A stretch of 64,000 nucleotides of DNA. It comes from Pseudomonadota bacterium. Lineage in GTDB: Bacteria > Bdellovibrionota_F > JAHFAK01 > JBDREC01. The DNA lies in assembly GCA_043820105.1 (NCBI GenBank), contig JBDREC010000010.1:1-64000 (forward strand). Reading direction: 5' to 3'. A program made the translations under genes and the position numbers. Shown one piece after another: positions 40,741 through 50,095 of the stretch (positions within the stretch are counted from its first letter, which is position 1; every line of letters starts with the position of its first letter). The notes beneath the pieces are model-generated. The model searched no databases. It had not been told where the DNA came from and saw nothing but the letters and a program-made list of their open reading frames with translations.

Positions 40741-40982
40741 TTTTCATGCCTTTCCACAATATCTAAAACAAATCCAAAATCCTGAAGCACCTTTAAAACC
40801 AAGCCAATTTGCAAAGTCTTTTTTCCTCTTTCTAGCTCAGAAAAAAATCTTGTTCCAATATTGCACATTGAAGCCGCATCTTTTTGCGTTATTCCAAGCT
40901 CTTTCCTTTTGTTTTTAATTAGTTGGCCTATCTGCAGCACATTCACAATATTCCCGCTAGGTAATATTTCATCTCTAATCAT
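40737..40982 (-). CDS. hipB: HipB-like XRE HTH antitoxin
   Basis: RKELGITQKDAASMCNIGTRFFSELERGK; ATGA overlap with hipA. Confidence 0.88.
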   Translation of the reverse strand: MIRDEILPSGNIVNVLQIGQLIKNKRKELGITQKDAASMCNIGTRFFSELERGKKTLQIGLVLKVLQDFGFVLDIVERHEK

Positions 40983-41064
40983 ATTTTTCTCTCACTTTAT
41001 TACCGATAAGTAATATTGGCTGATTATTTATGTTTTGTCAAGTTTTTATTCCCTTTCGGGACAA
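40949..41064. promoter_or_regulatory. Three palindromic operator-like sites for hipBA
   Basis: TATTCCCGCTAGGTAATA (40949), TATTACCGATAAGTAATA (40998), TATTCCCTTTCGGGACAA (41047). Confidence 0.65.
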
Positions 41065-41451
41065 TATTAATTTGGGATACCCAAAGGAACCTAGCTAAAA
41101 TTTTATCAAAACAAAAAATGAAATCTCCGGTGTGAATTTGGTGCGCGCTCAAAGAGAAACAGATGGCAATCATTTAGTATCTTCTTTCTTGAAAGGCGTT
41201 GAGCAAAAGTTTTGAGGGTTCGACTGCAGAATAAATACTGCCACATTCCTTGCAATAGCAACAAGCCTTTCTTTTGGGGGGAATATTCTTTGTACAAATT
41301 AAATAACTTACTAGCGCTTAAATATATAAAGTGATTATCCTTTCTCTGTCATCAGAATCTCATTAATGACTTATTCTGTTTAAATCATTGCAAAAAGACT
41401 TTATTAAGATATATAATTAAAAACATTATTAAAAAAGATTCTAATCAAATT

Positions 41452-42420
41452 ATGTTAATAAAAATAATATTATTTATAGTTGGCTTAACAATCATTACAA
41501 AGGGTGCTGATTTATTAGTAGATGGGGCACAAGCATTAGCAAAAAAATTCAAAATATCTGATTTGATAATTGGTTTGACAGTAATAGCTTTCGGCACAAG
41601 TTTGCCTGAATTTTTTGTAAGTTTTAATGCAACTATTAAAGAATCTTCAGAAATCGCAATCGGAAATGTTGTGGGAAGCAATATAGCTAATATTTTTCTT
41701 GTTTTAGGAGTTTGTGCAATAATAACTCCCTTAATTGTCAGAGAAAAAACTGTTTCAAGAGAAATCCCATTTTGTTTATTATCTGCAATAATACTGGCAT
41801 TACTTGGTAATGATTATTTTTTGGATAATGCTTCACATTCATATCTTGGAAAAATAGATGGTTTAATTTTATTGGTATTTTTTGGAATATTTTTTTATAA
41901 CATTGTTTCAGATTCGATAAAGTCAAGAAACATTAAAATTACTCTCCCATTAAAACCAATGAGCTTTAATAAAATTATTCTTTTTTTAGTAATTGGATTT
42001 TTTTGCTTATTTGCTGGATCAAAATTAATTGTAGATAATGCAATTTATATTGCCAGAAGCTTGAAAATATCTCAGTCATTAATTGCATTGACTATTATTG
42101 CTGTTGGTACAAGCCTACCCGAACTTGTTACTTCAATTGTAGCCACCATGAAGAAAAATACAGATATTGCGGTTGGAAATATTATCGGCTCAAACATTTT
42201 CAATACATTTTTTATCTTAGGCTTCTGCGCCAACATTAACCCGTTGACAATAGATCATACAAAAGACAATTTAGATATTATTGTGTCTATTTTTGCAAGT
42301 CTTTTGCTATTTATTTTTATGTTTACCGGGAAAAAAAAGTATTTACTTGAAAGATGGGAGGGAATGCTTTTTATTATTTTTTACATTTGTTATATAATTA
42401 CTATAATTTATAGAAATTAA
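41452..42420 (+). CDS. Calcium/sodium antiporter (YrbG/CaCA family)
   Basis: Two GTSLPE...GN(V/I)(V/I)GSNI alpha repeats. Confidence 0.93.
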   Translation: MLIKIILFIVGLTIITKGADLLVDGAQALAKKFKISDLIIGLTVIAFGTSLPEFFVSFNATIKESSEIAIGNVVGSNIANIFLVLGVCAIITPLIVREKTVSREIPFCLLSAIILALLGNDYFLDNASHSYLGKIDGLILLVFFGIFFYNIVSDSIKSRNIKITLPLKPMSFNKIILFLVIGFFCLFAGSKLIVDNAIYIARSLKISQSLIALTIIAVGTSLPELVTSIVATMKKNTDIAVGNIIGSNIFNTFFILGFCANINPLTIDHTKDNLDIIVSIFASLLLFIFMFTGKKKYLLERWEGMLFIIFYICYIITIIYRN

Positions 42421-42554
42421 TTTAGATGAAAAAAATAATATTTTTATTTTTTCTATCATTATAATATTATGCATTTTATGCATTCAAGGTTTTGTTTTAT
42501 AAACCTTAGAGCTAATTAAATTGAAAATAGGTTTGCAAAATCCAGGAGTAAAAT

Positions 42555-43511
42555 ATGAATAAAATACTTAAAAAAATCATATCACATGTTATTATCAAAT
42601 ATGGAAATAGTAAAAAACCATCTAAAAAGAAAATTGAACATGCTTATTTTGATACAAAAGTAGCTGTGAAAAATTGTATATTCATCACCTTAGGTATTTT
42701 TATGGCGGCTTTTGGTTTAAAAGGTTTTTTACTTCCCAATATGTTTGTAGATGGTGGAATAATGGGAGTTTCTTTGCTTGTTTCATTTATGACAGAAGTA
42801 CGACTTTCAATTTTAGTTGTGATATTCAATATCCCTTTTTTGATTTTTGGTTATAAAGTTGTAAATAAAATGTATGCAATAAGAAGCGTTGTAGCAATTT
42901 CAGCTCTTGCTTTGTGTATATATTTTATAAAATTTCCTATTATTACAAATGATAAATTGTTAATTGCTGTATTTGGTGGATTTTTTTTAGGAGCTGGGAT
43001 TGGACTTACAATCAGAGGAAACGCTGTAATTGACGGCACAGAACTGCTCGCGATATATTTAAGTAGAAAGTTTGGTTTCACAATTGGTGATATTATTTGG
43101 ATAATTAATGTAATAATATTTTCCTTTGCTGCTTTTTTATTGTCCACTGAAACTGCATTATATTCAATTTTAACGTATATGGCTGCTTCAAAAACGGTCG
43201 ATTTTATCATCGACGGGATTGAAGAATATATGGCAGTGACTGTTGTTTCAAAGTATTCAGAAAACATAAGATTAAAAATCACAAGAGACTTGGGCAGAAG
43301 TGTAACAATGTTTAGTGGAAAAGGAGGATATGGAGAAAACAGGGAAGACTTAAAAAACTGTGACATTTTATATTCTGTTGTTACAAGACTTGAAATTAAT
43401 AAATTAACTTCAGAAATTTTAAAAATTGATCCAAATGCTTTTGTTACAATAAAGAGGGTAAAAGAGATAAAAGGCGGCATGATAAAGAAAAGAACAATAA
43501 AGGACTTTTGA
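42555..43511 (+). CDS. YitT family membrane protein
   Basis: FLLPNMFVDGGIMGVS, DGTELLA, IDPNAFV C-terminal domain. Confidence 0.88.
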   Translation: MNKILKKIISHVIIKYGNSKKPSKKKIEHAYFDTKVAVKNCIFITLGIFMAAFGLKGFLLPNMFVDGGIMGVSLLVSFMTEVRLSILVVIFNIPFLIFGYKVVNKMYAIRSVVAISALALCIYFIKFPIITNDKLLIAVFGGFFLGAGIGLTIRGNAVIDGTELLAIYLSRKFGFTIGDIIWIINVIIFSFAAFLLSTETALYSILTYMAASKTVDFIIDGIEEYMAVTVVSKYSENIRLKITRDLGRSVTMFSGKGGYGENREDLKNCDILYSVVTRLEINKLTSEILKIDPNAFVTIKRVKEIKGGMIKKRTIKDF

Positions 43512-43771
43512 GTATAGGTGCCAGTTGACAATAAAACATTACAAGATCGACTGATTCTTTCGTCTGCTTAAAACAAAGAGGTTGGATTTATTACCTCTAA
43601 GCAAAAAAAAGATCTTAAGGATCGTTATTGCTTCATTACAAGTGTTCTTTATTTTCTTCCTTATTACCTTTAAAATTAAATTATTAGCAATATAGTTTGT
43701 TTTTACGAACAGAGCCAAGGCCCAAACACATCACTACAAAATTTTAAGTAAAAATATTTAATTTCATAAGC

Positions 43772-44089
43772 TCAAGTAACGGTACCACCTGTTCGGCAAG
43801 CACTACTGGAAAAATAATCTCCATTATAACAACCCATAGAAAAGTTATCAGTATCTGTTGATCCATTAGCCACACACCCAGAAGAAGTAGTAGAGCCTCC
43901 ATAACAGGTTGCACTTGCATGTGCTCCTGCATAACAAGTGTCTTGTTTCCCATCAGCTGGGGCACCACCAGTACCACAAGCATTCCATGAAGGTCCCTCT
44001 CGAACACCACTAGCCGATGAGCCGTTAGAACACTCTCATTTAACAGGCTGTGTTTGAAAATGATTTAAACCTGGTTTTTTGTATTTCAA
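43772..44089 (-). pseudogene. Second CxxG-repeat RiPP-like precursor, with in-frame TGA at codon 18
   Basis: GGAGG RBS, TTG start; MKYKKPGLNHFQTQPVK*ECSNGSSAS...CGTG..CYAG..CYGG..CVANG..CYNG..CRTGGTVT*; not in the ORF track. Confidence 0.75.
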
Positions 44090-44275
44090 TTTATCCTCCA
44101 TAATCTATAACTTTTAAAGAAAAATAATAACAGATAAAAAAAACTCTGTCTAGTTAATATCTTTAGCTTTCAATGTAAGTCAGTTTAACATTTTCACTAC
44201 CATAATTTGACAATATGTAAACATTTTGTATAGTTACAATTGTATTTTAAAAATATTTGTGTTGGAGATTTGTTG

Positions 44276-44410
44276 ATGTTAAAATACCATAAACCGAGAC
44301 TCACTTTATTAAATAAAAATTCAAGAGGTAATCTAAATTGTACAACAGGAACTAATGCATCAGTAGATGAAACTTGTGAACAAGGAACACATCTTGAAAG
44401 TCATGCATAG
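44276..44410 (+). CDS. Third, short CxxG-repeat precursor-like peptide (44 aa)
   Basis: GGAG RBS; MLKYHKPRLTLLNKNSRGNLNCTTGTNASVDETCEQGTHLESHA. Confidence 0.65.
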   Translation: MLKYHKPRLTLLNKNSRGNLNCTTGTNASVDETCEQGTHLESHA

Positions 44411-44715
44411 CTCCTTGGATTCAACATTCTATATAAGCTAAATTATAGTCTAAATTCAGTTTTTGCAGTTTTTCTTAACTGTCAAACTCTTAATATCATT
44501 TTTTTGATTGAAAATATTGCTTAACCTAAAGTTATAGTCAATAAGTTTCTAGACCTTGCCTTACCCCACTTTTTTTAGATCCTGAATTTAGCTAACATTT
44601 GCACTGTCATAAGCAAGGTTTAGTAATGGCAGGTGTTCAGTTTATAATATCCCTATTTGCAGCTTATATGATAAGCAGTCTCAGTCAAAATAATCTTTTC
44701 AGATGGTGGATTTAA

Positions 44716-44940
44716 TTATGCAAGCCAAATGGGAAGATTATATTTTTCAGAAAGTTTAGAATAATTATTAAGCATCAAATCATCACCAAAACGATCAAAT
44801 GCAATCTTTGGTAAAACAAGAAGATCAATTTTAACATTTTGCTCTGCGTATGTTTCCAATATTTTTTCAAGTGCCAGATCAAAGTCCTTAACCATTAAAA
44901 GTCCAGCTGCATTTATGTTTCCACCATAAGTAAGATGCTT
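44716..44940 (-). pseudogene. 3' remnant of a DUF512-like (radical SAM-associated) gene
   Basis: KHLTYGGNINAAGLLMVKDF...DLLVLPKIAFDRFGDDL...LSEKYNLPIWLA*; in-frame stop immediately upstream. Confidence 0.55.
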
Positions 44941-44970
44941 TTAAAGCCATCTTTTTATTTTATTATTTCT

Positions 44971-45632
44971 TTAAAAAGCATAGCAAATGCCTAGCAAAAT
45001 GTTATGGAGGTAAGTTTTTTCGAGGGACACATCACTAATGGGCGAAAAATCTTGCTGATGCTCACGATCATATACAAAAACAAAACGATACATTATATCA
45101 AGGGACCAATCTTGATAAATTTCCCATTTCACGCCTGTCATCAATTGCCCTCCAAAAGTCAAATCATGGTCATCTGATTCCACAGCTGAACTACCTGAAA
45201 CAGGAGTAAATATTATATCATGATTAGCATAGACTGCTCCAACACCAATCCCAGCGAATGGAGTGAATACAGTAGTATTATTATAGTCTGCTAAGCCATT
45301 GACCATAAAAGTATAAAACCTTTCTTGCCCTGATGCGTTCGTTTCTTGATCAAAATGCCCTTGGATATTACCAACATCAGTATTTAAAAAACCAATTTCT
45401 GCTTCCACTCGCAGCCAAGTCATAATCTCATTGCCATATAAAACACTACCACCATAGGTTGAATTAAAATCTATACTGGCAGTACGTTCACCAACTGTTC
45501 GGTTAACATCATGTGCTAAACCAAACGCTCCACGCACTCCAATATACCCAGCATCTTGTGCATATATCAAAGTTGACAGCATCATTATAGAGAAACAGAG
45601 CCCTGCTAAAACAGTGATTTTTTTTCTTTCAT
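44971..45632 (-). CDS. Outer-membrane beta-barrel (opacity/OmpA-like), frameshifted at A8 near the start
   Basis: LRVEAE, FTPFAGIGVG, LDIMYR, terminal YAF; ATG 45632 is out of frame by one base at an A8 run. Confidence 0.75.
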
Positions 45633-45917
45633 AAGGTCAAAATCCTTCCTTTTAAAAAAAAATTGCAATTAAACTTTTTTTATTACTAATTTTAAGATTA
45701 GTAGACCGGCTTTTTTAATATTTATATAATTTTTAAAAAAAGGTAAACTGTCAATAATATTCTATCTTCTACTTCTCTAACTGATAAACTATAGATAACC
45801 CCTAATGAGTGACCCAGGGACATGGTTTACTATTTTTTTGTAATAAAATAACTTCCAAGATTGCAAAAGAAGTGAATTAGTTTTCATCCCAAAATTCGAT
45901 TTTTGTCGTGACATCAA

Positions 45918-46363
45918 TCAATTGAATGATAATATCAATGCCTCGTTGATTTCTAGTGCAGCATTGTCAATTGGAGATTCTAGATTACCTTTATTATTCA
46001 TGTAATAAACCGTAATAGTGCTATTTTTTGTTAATATTACAGATGACCCGGATATTTCAATATTTCTAATAAATGCTTGTAAATAATATGATTCATCAAC
46101 AAATTCTCCGCTAACTTTTGCAGAAAAAGTTATATATTTAGTTCCATTGTGATCTATAAGGTCACACAAATCAACATTAGCAATTTTCAGATCCTCAACA
46201 TCCCCTAACCTTTCCAATACTAACATTTTAATTTGTTGACTTGATTTATCTGTAGCTTGCGAGATTTTATTGCCAGGTAAAATAACGGCTGTTGCAAATA
46301 GATTTGAGCCTATTACTAAGATTAGAAATAGTAAAACACCAATTGGTAGTAATTTTTTTTCAT
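45918..46363 (-). CDS. Hypothetical secreted protein, frameshifted at A8 directly after the ATG
   Basis: Frame continues upstream of 46226 as LLPIGVLLFLILVIGSNLFA; ATG 46363 would need A9 to join it. Confidence 0.65.
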
Positions 46364-46399
46364 GACATGCCCCTTTATTTTTGGTTTATTTTTGAATAA

Positions 46400-46415
46400 A
46401 GCAATATCTGTGCCA
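46400..46415 (-). promoter_or_regulatory. sigma54 promoter motif
   Basis: TGGCACAGATATTGCT on the minus strand. Confidence 0.75.
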
Positions 46416-46586
46416 TGTTTCTCAGCTAGAAACTACTAATATTTTCTTACAGTTAATCCTGGGGAAGAATTTAAAAAAGAGACATCCCTTCCCCAATTTA
46501 ACGCGAAGCGCCCTATCACCTCTACATTAAAACCAAAACGCCCCGACATAACTCTTTAATAATATTACAAATTAATTTTCTTTTTT

Positions 46587-46602
46587 TGGCACTAAATTTG
46601 CA
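46587..46602 (+). promoter_or_regulatory. sigma54 promoter motif
   Basis: TGGCACTAAATTTGCA. Confidence 0.75.
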
Positions 46603-46617
46603 TTTATTTTTTGTATT

Positions 46618-48738
46618 ATGAAACTAACCTTATTAATAAGAACACTATATATTAACCTTTTAGTCTGTTTTTTATTAACATCCCTTTTCTACTCAACCCA
46701 AATTTTTGCCAACATGTTTAGTCCAAATACTATCAAAATTGAAAGCTCAGAATCTTGTACAGCCCAATACTTTGGTCCAAAAGAAAATTATTATTATGGT
46801 GATTGCAAATTTAAAAATGATGAATTTGATAAACATTTCAAAATTGAAATTGAGTTAAAAGCAGATAATAGGCTAGAGGTGATTTTTAAACCAAAAGAAA
46901 ATTCAAGGGAAACTAGAACCGAAACCATAAAGGCATATCCAATTCCAAATGAAAACAGTTTTATAGAATATTGGTATGAAAATACTGAAAATCACATTGC
47001 TTGTCTAATTAAGATCGCAAATAAAACAAATGAAGATGGCACTTTCATTGCTGTTAAGGTTACCAAACATATGAAAGAAGTTTCTTATGAAAAATTGCGC
47101 TATACACAAGGAGATGAAATTGATATTTCACAATATCCCGCTAATACTCTTTTTCTTGTCACCAAACTAGAAGGTTTTGGAGTATTAAAAACTATAAATA
47201 TTCAAGTTCTTGATGAAACCATTGAGCATTTAGTTATAATTGACATGTTTGAATCGAATTTATTTCTCATGAATTTCAAACCGGTTATTAAAGCTTATGA
47301 CAAATTATTTGATGTTGAAGAAGATATTTTAAGAGCATATTTTTTTGAATTCGGTGCAGGCATTTTTATGGGAAAAAATAAGAGCTTAAAGGTTTTTAGT
47401 TATTATTATGGATCTGACACATATATGTATCTGGTTAATTATGGCAAAGATGCCTATCAAGCTCGAACTCGCTATTCAAATGTATTGGTTTCTAGATTAA
47501 GTGAAAATGCAACAAAGTTAAGAATATCAACCTCTGGAAAGCAAAATCATTGTTTATTTGAAACAATTGATATCTGGTTTGGAAATGGAGCAGATTATCA
47601 AGTCGGAGATCTCATCAGAGTGACCGACTATAACGGTGAAGTCTTAGAAGGAACAATTATTATAGATGATGAAACAATTAAAGATGCTGAAAAAATTCTT
47701 TATAAAACAAAAGGAAATTCTTCACTTTATGAAATCCCAGCAAAAGCAAGTGGGTTTGCTGATAACTATTACGGCCCTCCAATAGATCAAGAATATTATA
47801 ACCTTTGTGAACATGGACTTAAGCAAAAGGTGTTTTTAGTAAAAACAGAGAATGGAGAATATTTTAGAATTGATATACATGATTCAGATGTTTTTATTGA
47901 AAAAATTACACACGATGATTCATTGGTTTCAGTTAATAAAAATGAAATGCTGGATGAATTATATCCAAATGGAATTGGCAATCTAGGTGATATGCCAAAA
48001 CAAGGCCAAACTGGTGATTGCTATTTAGTCGCGGGCTTGATTGCATTGAGACACAATGAAGGACTTGCGAAATCAACAGTAAAAGAAACCTTCCAAAAAA
48101 TTGGAGATAAAACTTGGTATGTTTCATTTTTAGGTCGTCCTGAAATTGGAATGATTATAGATGAATCAGAGCTTGGAGTTCAATTCGCGCAAGACCCTCA
48201 ATCAGCCCAAATTAGCCCCTTTTCCCCACTTACTGGTCCCTTGGGTGATATATTAATAGAATTTGCTTATGGAAGGTTAAGAAGAGCTGCCTATGGGAAA
48301 AAAACAAGATATGATTTGTGGGAGCAAAAAGAATTAGTTGCTGTTGGAGGTGGATCAGCAAACAGATTCCTTAAAGATATAATTGATCCAAATAAGTTTG
48401 TTACAAGTCATAAATTTTCACTATTAAACAATCGTAGCAGAGAGCGAGTTACAGATTTATTAATAAATAAGGCTAATAATCCTGAGAACTTTTTGCTTAC
48501 AGTAAGCACAAATGATAATGTTGAAGCCTATAATTATTCAAAGACATTCACCAGATATGGAAATCATTCACTTACATTAACAGAAGTATTAACTGATTCC
48601 CAGAACAGACCTTATATCATTAAAAATCCTCATAACCCAAACATAAAATACAGATTTAGTTTTTCTGAATTACCAAGTGCTTTCACAGATATTTTATTTG
48701 TAGAAGTAAATTTAAACGACGACTATTTTGATTTTTAA
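46618..48738 (+). CDS. Secreted protein with C-terminal calpain-like (peptidase C2) domain
   Basis: Signal peptide; QGQTGDCYLVAGL (Cys), GNHSLTL (His), IKNPHN (Asn). Confidence 0.75.
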   Translation: MKLTLLIRTLYINLLVCFLLTSLFYSTQIFANMFSPNTIKIESSESCTAQYFGPKENYYYGDCKFKNDEFDKHFKIEIELKADNRLEVIFKPKENSRETRTETIKAYPIPNENSFIEYWYENTENHIACLIKIANKTNEDGTFIAVKVTKHMKEVSYEKLRYTQGDEIDISQYPANTLFLVTKLEGFGVLKTINIQVLDETIEHLVIIDMFESNLFLMNFKPVIKAYDKLFDVEEDILRAYFFEFGAGIFMGKNKSLKVFSYYYGSDTYMYLVNYGKDAYQARTRYSNVLVSRLSENATKLRISTSGKQNHCLFETIDIWFGNGADYQVGDLIRVTDYNGEVLEGTIIIDDETIKDAEKILYKTKGNSSLYEIPAKASGFADNYYGPPIDQEYYNLCEHGLKQKVFLVKTENGEYFRIDIHDSDVFIEKITHDDSLVSVNKNEMLDELYPNGIGNLGDMPKQGQTGDCYLVAGLIALRHNEGLAKSTVKETFQKIGDKTWYVSFLGRPEIGMIIDESELGVQFAQDPQSAQISPFSPLTGPLGDILIEFAYGRLRRAAYGKKTRYDLWEQKELVAVGGGSANRFLKDIIDPNKFVTSHKFSLLNNRSRERVTDLLINKANNPENFLLTVSTNDNVEAYNYSKTFTRYGNHSLTLTEVLTDSQNRPYIIKNPHNPNIKYRFSFSELPSAFTDILFVEVNLNDDYFDF

Positions 48739-48770
48739 GTTTGCTACAAAAAGAGTTTTTATAAATCCCC

Positions 48771-48872
48771 CAACCTAGCATAGCCAGAACCATAAAGGGA
48801 ATCAACACATCATCTTAATTCAAAATTAATTGCGAGTATCAAGTGGTTTCAGCTTTTGTGCAGAAATTTATG
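48771..48872. mobile_element. Miniature (empty) copy of an element whose ends recur at 50629 and 51390
   Basis: AACCTAGCATAGCCAGAACC...AGTATCAAGTGGTTTCAG-CTTTTGTGCAGAAATTTATG. Confidence 0.7.
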
Positions 48873-48881
48873 ATTTAATAA

Positions 48882-49184
48882 CTAATTAACTTTTAATTCA
48901 AGCAATCCATCTGAAATGCTTTGAAGAAATTTTTCATCCACTCTATTGTAATCCAAAATATCTACCTTAAATTTAAGATTACTTTCTTCAAATGCTTCTT
49001 TTAATTTTTCAATTAATGCCGGATCAATGACAGCTGCGGATTTTAATAAAAGATCAAGATCAGAGGCTTTATTATTTGAATTATTGGATCTGGATCCAAA
49101 AACAAATACTTGCATTTTTAGTTCTGCAAATAATTTGCTCAAAATGTGTCTGATAATAGCAAGCTCACTTTGGCTCAAATTCAT
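48882..49184 (-). CDS. Minimal nucleotidyltransferase (MNT) antitoxin-like protein
   Basis: VFVFGSRS...ASDLDL, FKVDILD. Confidence 0.88.
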   Translation of the reverse strand: MNLSQSELAIIRHILSKLFAELKMQVFVFGSRSNNSNNKASDLDLLLKSAAVIDPALIEKLKEAFEESNLKFKVDILDYNRVDEKFLQSISDGLLELKVN

Positions 49185-49576
49185 AGCTGTCCTTTTTCCT
49201 TTAACTTTGAAAGTAGTTTTTCAGCATATTCAGGAAAATCTTTTATTATAGAAAAAACGAAGTCAGAATCTTTTTTGCTATAAAGATGTGTTGTTGAATT
49301 TCTAGCGTCAAGATAGCGGAACCATGTGTCCAGGTCATCTAAAAAGCCTTCCTGTAAAGCATCTCTAAAAAGAGGTTTGGGACTTGCACTTACATCCACT
49401 TTACCTAGAGAAATCAAAACTCTCCTAATCATCTTCCAACATTGTTCAAATGTATATTCAAATCTTTGAATAACCCCATCTCTTTCCAGGTCATTTTTAG
49501 GTTCATTTAAAAGCCCTTCTTTTAGGCTTAATAAGGCATTTTCAAAGAAAGTAAAATCAATTTTTTTAATATCCAT
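49181..49576 (-). CDS. HEPN / nucleotidyltransferase substrate-binding protein (HI0074-like)
   Basis: RDGVIQRFEYTFE, SPKPLFR, RNSTTHLY (R-x4-H-x-Y). Confidence 0.9.
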   Translation of the reverse strand: MDIKKIDFTFFENALLSLKEGLLNEPKNDLERDGVIQRFEYTFEQCWKMIRRVLISLGKVDVSASPKPLFRDALQEGFLDDLDTWFRYLDARNSTTHLYSKKDSDFVFSIIKDFPEYAEKLLSKLKEKGQL

Positions 49577-50095
49577 TTTTCACCAAAAAAATATTATTAA
49601 ATTATAATACCAGTTGGATCATCTTTTTGATCTGCTATGTCCTTATAGTTTGCTGGATTTTAGTTGTCAAGCAAGTGGGAAATACTCTTATTCTTTTCTA
49701 CAAGTCTCCTTAAATCCTTGTCTATTCTCAAGGCCTGATAATCATGCTTAAGACCCCATTCATGCTTCCTACGTCATGAAATGTCCACTTTACCCAGGTT
49801 TGTGTCTGTTTTAAAAGCGAAATGGCCGGTTCGGACCCCTGATCAGCCTTAAATGTTACTTTTTTGACCAATTTTAGTTTATTAATAAGCTGTAATATCC
49901 TTTAACTGTTTGAAAATATAAAACATTAAAAAAAAGACAGTTTTGGTATAATTTTTGTAACATATTTCTTGGGGGCTGTTAAGTAATTCATAAGCCATGA
50001 GGATATAAAAATAAACCAACTTGTATGAGAGGCTTATAAAAATAATCTCAGCCTATAATTTGATGTTTTTGTTCAAAGCATCGGAAGGAACAGCC

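Noticed and set aside
41106-41297. 63-aa ORF and a CKECG-containing alternative frame
   Set aside because: Could not be assigned to any family
42851-43531. 226-aa minus-strand ORF
   Set aside because: Antisense shadow of the YitT gene; the same applies to the other short ORFs nested in long genes
43744-44010. 88-aa ORF from the track (MVFERDLHG...)
   Set aside because: Alternative frame of the CxxG precursor, which has the RBS and the homology
44650-44715. Possible PqqD-like scrap (KIILTETAYHI) after the DUF512-like remnant
   Set aside because: Too short to support
45812-45830. CCCAGGGACATGGTTTAC resembling an IS terminal sequence
   Set aside because: No partner end or transposase nearby
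49600-49860. GC-richer non-coding patch upstream of the HEPN gene
   Set aside because: Only short unassignable frames; probably mobile-element debris
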